Made by a program: the position numbers and the translations under genes. The notes beneath the pieces were generated by a model, which was not told the DNA's origin, searched no databases, and worked only from the letters and a program-made list of their open reading frames with translations. From assembly GCA_964433025.1 (NCBI GenBank), contig CAYSPV010000006.1, positions 16,533-48,795 of the forward strand: a stretch of 32,263 nucleotides of DNA, written 5' to 3'. This document shows, in pieces, positions 28,711 to 32,263 of this stretch (position 1 is its first letter; the number at the start of each line of letters is the position of its first letter). Origin of the DNA: an uncultured Staphylococcaceae bacterium. Lineage in GTDB: Bacteria > Bacillota_I > Bacilli_A > RFN20 > CAG-826.

Positions 28711-31086
28711 ATGCATAGAATTAAAAGATTATTAATGATATTACCATTGAGTGCATTAATTATCACAGGATGTGATAATAGCACTACTACTTCATCTAGT
28801 GAAGAATCTTCTACCACTAGTGTAACTACTACAACATCTGATGATACATCTTCTACATCTTCTAGCGGTGTTACTATCACTATTGAAAGTGTCTTAGATC
28901 AATTACAACAAGATTTTGCTTTTAAAGGTGCTTTTAGTTTTATTGCTATTGATGATTATGGTGAATTAGTCTGGGATGAAACTAGTTTTTATATTGATGG
29001 TTATATTGGAAGTGATAGATTTTATAATATTGAATACACAACTGATGGTGTAGAAACAGATAGAGATGAATATTATGCTGATGAGGAAACAGGTTATGTG
29101 GAATGGAGATATTTAGATCCTACTACTAATCAGACAACATCAAGAATATTAAGTGGATCCTCTACTGGTGCACCAATTTATTTTGCTAGTAGTTTTTATA
29201 ATCCCTGGTGGTATATGGATGAATCTATGGCTACATTAGAAGATGATTATACAGTTACATTTACTATTAGTTCTTCTTATGGCTATGATTTCTTTTATTA
29301 TCTTACTGCTCGTGATTATAGAGCTAGAACCGCTACAGTTACAGTAGATCCTGATACTGGTATTATTGATACTGTATCATTTACTAGTGCTGCATATGTT
29401 GATGTATTAAATGATGATTTTGTGGATGTATGGTATACATTTACCTATCAAATCGTAGATATTGAAGAACTTGATTATTATAATGTCGATCCAAGAGAAT
29501 CTGATAGCAGCACAGATGCCTTACAAAATGCATTTAATAGCTTACAAGAAGGTAATTACACTGCAGATATTACTATGACCACTACAGATGAAAATGAAAA
29601 TACATCTACTGTACAAGCCACTGTATATAGTACTTCTGATTTATTATTACTTGAAAGAAGTTCTGCTATTACAGGATATGTTAATTATGATTCTGGTTAT
29701 AAAACAGTTACTGGTACACCTAATAATAATACCTTAACTTATTCATCTACTACATATACAGGTAGTGTAGAAGATTACTTAGTCCCATTTACTATCTTAG
29801 GTAATATGTTTGATTATGTAGGTGATAATACATATGTATATGCGAATAGAGGTACAGAAAGCTTATTATATTTAACTATGCCAGATATGTTATATACATA
29901 TACTAGACTTGGTTATACACCTTTAGTAAATACCTATACATGGGTATTAAATGATGATGGTACAATTGCCATTAGCTATGATGTCAGTGATACTGTTAGT
30001 ATCACTGTTAATGTTCATCATATCGGTAGTACCGATTTAAGTGGATATAACTATCAAGTTGATGGCTCAAATAGTGAACCCACTAATTGGGCTCTAGTAG
30101 AAGGCGCTGAAGATATCTTAGCGCTTTTTAATATCTCAACAGATTTAATGCCTTGGGTTGATGAATTTGATTATAATTGGACAATCTATGATACTAGTAA
30201 TTATGGTTATGCTGCATTTAATTCAACAAAGACATTTGATATAAATATTGTCGATTCTATTGATAATCAATTAAGAGCCCTTGGTTGGAATTATGAAGGT
30301 GTAAATAACTATAGTGAATATGAATATTCATATGAACTAAATGATGGTAGTGGTCTTACCTTACATTTATCATTTGCCCTATTTTATAGTGGAAATGATG
30401 ATGATTTATATACAGTATCTATCTATCCTTTAGCACCTGATAGTCCAATCACTGAATTTATTGAAGAAAACTTTTCTGATTATACGGCTTTAAATTATAC
30501 GATAGACACGACATATACACGTATTGATGCTTCTACTACATATGATGAAGATAGTGATACTTATATTGTAAATGATGATGCGATAACTACTACCTCATCT
30601 AATCAAGTTCTTTTTGATTATGAAGATGCGATATGGAATGGTTGGTTATATCGCACTAGTGATGTAGGTATAGAATGGTATAGATCAAATAGTGATGGTA
30701 CTTATACTTATGTTGATAGAACTTTAGGTAGTGATTATCATGTAGGGAGAAATTATAGATCCTTATACTATGTTGGATATTATTTAGATAGATCTACATA
30801 CACTCAATTATCATTTGATGGCAGTGTATCTACTTATTCTTTATCTAGTAATGCTATATATTTCTTTTGTTTAGCAACAAGATTATTTGAAAGCTTAGGT
30901 GGATATTCTAGTTGGGACGCAGTAGCGACATATGATAGTAGTGAGGGCACAATAGATATATTTATTCAATGTGATGATGGTATATATACAGTAGATGAAG
31001 AAAAGGTATATATTTATCAATCAATTGAAATATCAATCCATGATGTTGGCAATACATCAATAGATGTTGTTACAATAACTGAATAA
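28711..31086 (+). CDS. Surface lipoprotein paralog 4 (subfamily B)
   Basis: Lipobox ITGC, family motifs, shares the C-terminal region with paralog 3. Confidence 0.9.
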   Translation: MHRIKRLLMILPLSALIITGCDNSTTTSSSEESSTTSVTTTTSDDTSSTSSSGVTITIESVLDQLQQDFAFKGAFSFIAIDDYGELVWDETSFYIDGYIGSDRFYNIEYTTDGVETDRDEYYADEETGYVEWRYLDPTTNQTTSRILSGSSTGAPIYFASSFYNPWWYMDESMATLEDDYTVTFTISSSYGYDFFYYLTARDYRARTATVTVDPDTGIIDTVSFTSAAYVDVLNDDFVDVWYTFTYQIVDIEELDYYNVDPRESDSSTDALQNAFNSLQEGNYTADITMTTTDENENTSTVQATVYSTSDLLLLERSSAITGYVNYDSGYKTVTGTPNNNTLTYSSTTYTGSVEDYLVPFTILGNMFDYVGDNTYVYANRGTESLLYLTMPDMLYTYTRLGYTPLVNTYTWVLNDDGTIAISYDVSDTVSITVNVHHIGSTDLSGYNYQVDGSNSEPTNWALVEGAEDILALFNISTDLMPWVDEFDYNWTIYDTSNYGYAAFNSTKTFDINIVDSIDNQLRALGWNYEGVNNYSEYEYSYELNDGSGLTLHLSFALFYSGNDDDLYTVSIYPLAPDSPITEFIEENFSDYTALNYTIDTTYTRIDASTTYDEDSDTYIVNDDAITTTSSNQVLFDYEDAIWNGWLYRTSDVGIEWYRSNSDGTYTYVDRTLGSDYHVGRNYRSLYYVGYYLDRSTYTQLSFDGSVSTYSLSSNAIYFFCLATRLFESLGGYSSWDAVATYDSSEGTIDIFIQCDDGIYTVDEEKVYIYQSIEISIHDVGNTSIDVVTITE

Positions 31087-31089
31087 AAT

Positions 31090-31111
31090 AAACAGGGAAA
31101 ACCTGTTTTTT
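31090..31111 (+). terminator. Plain intrinsic terminator of lipoprotein 4
   Basis: AAACAGG-gaaaa-CCTGTTT-TTT, with no CUCC hairpin in front. Confidence 0.8.
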
Positions 31112-31172
31112 CATATTTTATAAAATAATTTATTTTATTTATTTGCAAAATACATGCAAAAATAAAAAATTG

Positions 31173-31202
31173 TTTACATATTTAAAAAGTTTGGTTTATA
31201 AT
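31173..31202 (+). promoter_or_regulatory. Putative promoter of the stand-alone element
   Basis: TTTACA-18-TATAAT; alignable to the promoter of lipoprotein 4. Confidence 0.65.
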
Positions 31203-31208
31203 AAACAC

Positions 31209-31303
31209 GCTTAATAAAATTGGTTTCGTAATATAATTATTCTCCAAATTATATTAGAAAATATGCGAAAGGGAAGCAGAGCGGCCGCTCTGCTTTTCTT
31301 TTT
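31209..31303 (+). ncRNA. Putative ~95-nt stand-alone small RNA (element copy 4, type B)
   Basis: Own promoter and no ORF. 54 bp (31222-31275) are identical to copy 3, followed by a different GC-rich terminator AAGCAGAGC-ggcc-GCTCTGCTT-T tail. Confidence 0.65.
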
Positions 31304-31415
31304 ATTAAAAATAAAATGCTAATCTTTATTTTTAAAAGTTAAAAAAATGTTGCATTTCATATAGATTTATATAAAATGTTTTCATATTTTTCATTTTAAC
31401 GAAAGGAGAAAAATT

Positions 31416-32263
31416 ATGAAGAAAATTCAAAAAACAATGATATTTCTTCCCATTCTTGCGCTTGTGATAAGTGGATGTGATGGTACTACTATTACTTCAA
31501 CAAGTGAAGTTACCACATCAGACGATCCTACGACAACAACAACTAGCACAAGTAGTTCTACTGTCTCTGTTGAAGACGTCTTAGCGATATTACAAGCCAA
31601 TCCTCAGACCTATTCAGGTGTGTTGCAAGAAGTTGATGGTGATGGTACTGTCACATTAAGTTATGGTATTGAAGGTTATATAAGCGATGATAGATATATA
31701 GCCAACATTTATTATAACGATGTCCTTTATTATAACTATGACTTCTCTGCAAGTGAAAATGGATATGTTCAATATGAATATTTAGATCCATTTACCAACA
31801 CAGTAGCAGGTTATGAATACACTGATTATTATTTTGGTGTAAGCATGTGTTATAACCCATGGGTTTATGTTGATGCCTCTATGGCCAGTGCAGATGAAAG
31901 CAGTGTAACATTTACATTTGACTCTACTATAGGTCAAATCTTAGCAGAACAATTAACAATGTTTACTGTTTATTTTACCTCTGCTACAGTCAGTGTCTCT
32001 AGTACTGGTGGTATCGAAGAAGTAGTCTTATCTACAGGTACATTATATGATTCTGATTATGATGTTTATTATGAAGATACATTCACCTTTACTTACTGTG
32101 AATTAGAAGACATTTATGTTCCTGATGGTGTTACACCAAGAACTAAAACATCAGATCATGATGCTCTTCAATCAGTATTTGATTCTTTAAAAGCTGGTAA
32201 TTACACCATATCTTATGAAGAAATCAATTTCTTTGGTGGATATTATTATGACACCTATACCGC
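31416..32263 (+). CDS. Surface lipoprotein paralog 5, more divergent, 3'-truncated by the window edge (not in ORF track)
   Basis: AAAGGAG SD. MKKIQKTMIFLPILALVISGC lipobox, TSDDPTTT linker, YLDPFTN, YNPWVYVD, LKAGNYT. Confidence 0.88.
   Translation, partial: MKKIQKTMIFLPILALVISGCDGTTITSTSEVTTSDDPTTTTTSTSSSTVSVEDVLAILQANPQTYSGVLQEVDGDGTVTLSYGIEGYISDDRYIANIYYNDVLYYNYDFSASENGYVQYEYLDPFTNTVAGYEYTDYYFGVSMCYNPWVYVDASMASADESSVTFTFDSTIGQILAEQLTMFTVYFTSATVSVSSTGGIEEVVLSTGTLYDSDYDVYYEDTFTFTYCELEDIYVPDGVTPRTKTSDHDALQSVFDSLKAGNYTISYEEINFFGGYYYDTYT

Noticed and set aside
21381-28880. Antisense ORFs 21381-21674, 26176-26454 and 28683-28880 recurring at lipoprotein 5' ends
   Set aside because: They mirror Ser/Thr-rich low-complexity linkers, which lack antisense stops; no SD support.
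23671-31303. Intergenic repeats as a CRISPR array or integron attC sites
   Set aside because: The intervening sequences are ~2.3-kb paralogous genes with their own promoters. No cas or integrase gene is present, and RYYYAAC/GTTRRRY ends are not consistently found.
23671-31303. Element as a preQ1 or other known riboswitch, T-box, or minus-strand micro-ORF (GGAGAA reads as an SD on the minus strand)
   Set aside because: Diagnostic consensus nucleotides are absent, and no ATG or conserved ORF follows the minus-strand GGAGAA. A loop-GGGAA pseudoknot is possible only in type-B copies.
21360-31416. Phase variation by simple-sequence tracts or invertible promoters in the array
   Set aside because: A-tracts are short (about 7-8 nt or less) and typical of this genome; no flanking inverted repeats or invertase seen.

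Overview
Very AT-rich chromosomal window read with the standard bacterial code (TGA is used as stop, e.g. 3251, 7156). It probably comes from a small-genome low-GC Bacillota such as an RF39/RFN20- or Erysipelotrichales-like gut lineage; that placement is inference only. The housekeeping backbone is a P1B metal ATPase, hemolysin-III protein, GT4, rpmE with leader, metG, fba, rlmD, TetR, pepC and an ABC exporter. Three accessory blocks interrupt it. (1) 3.7-7.4 kb: an apparent operon of a PapB/SCIFF-like radical SAM/SPASM enzyme, an exported papain-fold protease, an exported protein and two unannotated ~40-aa membrane peptides, with no visible precursor peptide. (2) 13.0-17.4 kb, right after rlmD: a Fic protein with a degenerate active site and a WYL-like/SF1 helicase/DUF2726-like nuclease fusion, a candidate defence locus. 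(3) 21.4 kb to the end: at least five tandem paralogous acidic lipoproteins. Each gap between them holds a conserved ~80-nt non-coding element made of an AU hairpin showing an anti-Shine-Dalgarno CUCC loop plus a terminator. One copy has its own promoter and is nearly complementary to the RBS/AUG of the next paralog. This RNA-punctuated lipoprotein array is the best candidate for an undescribed system. All calls come from reading motifs by eye; no searches were run.
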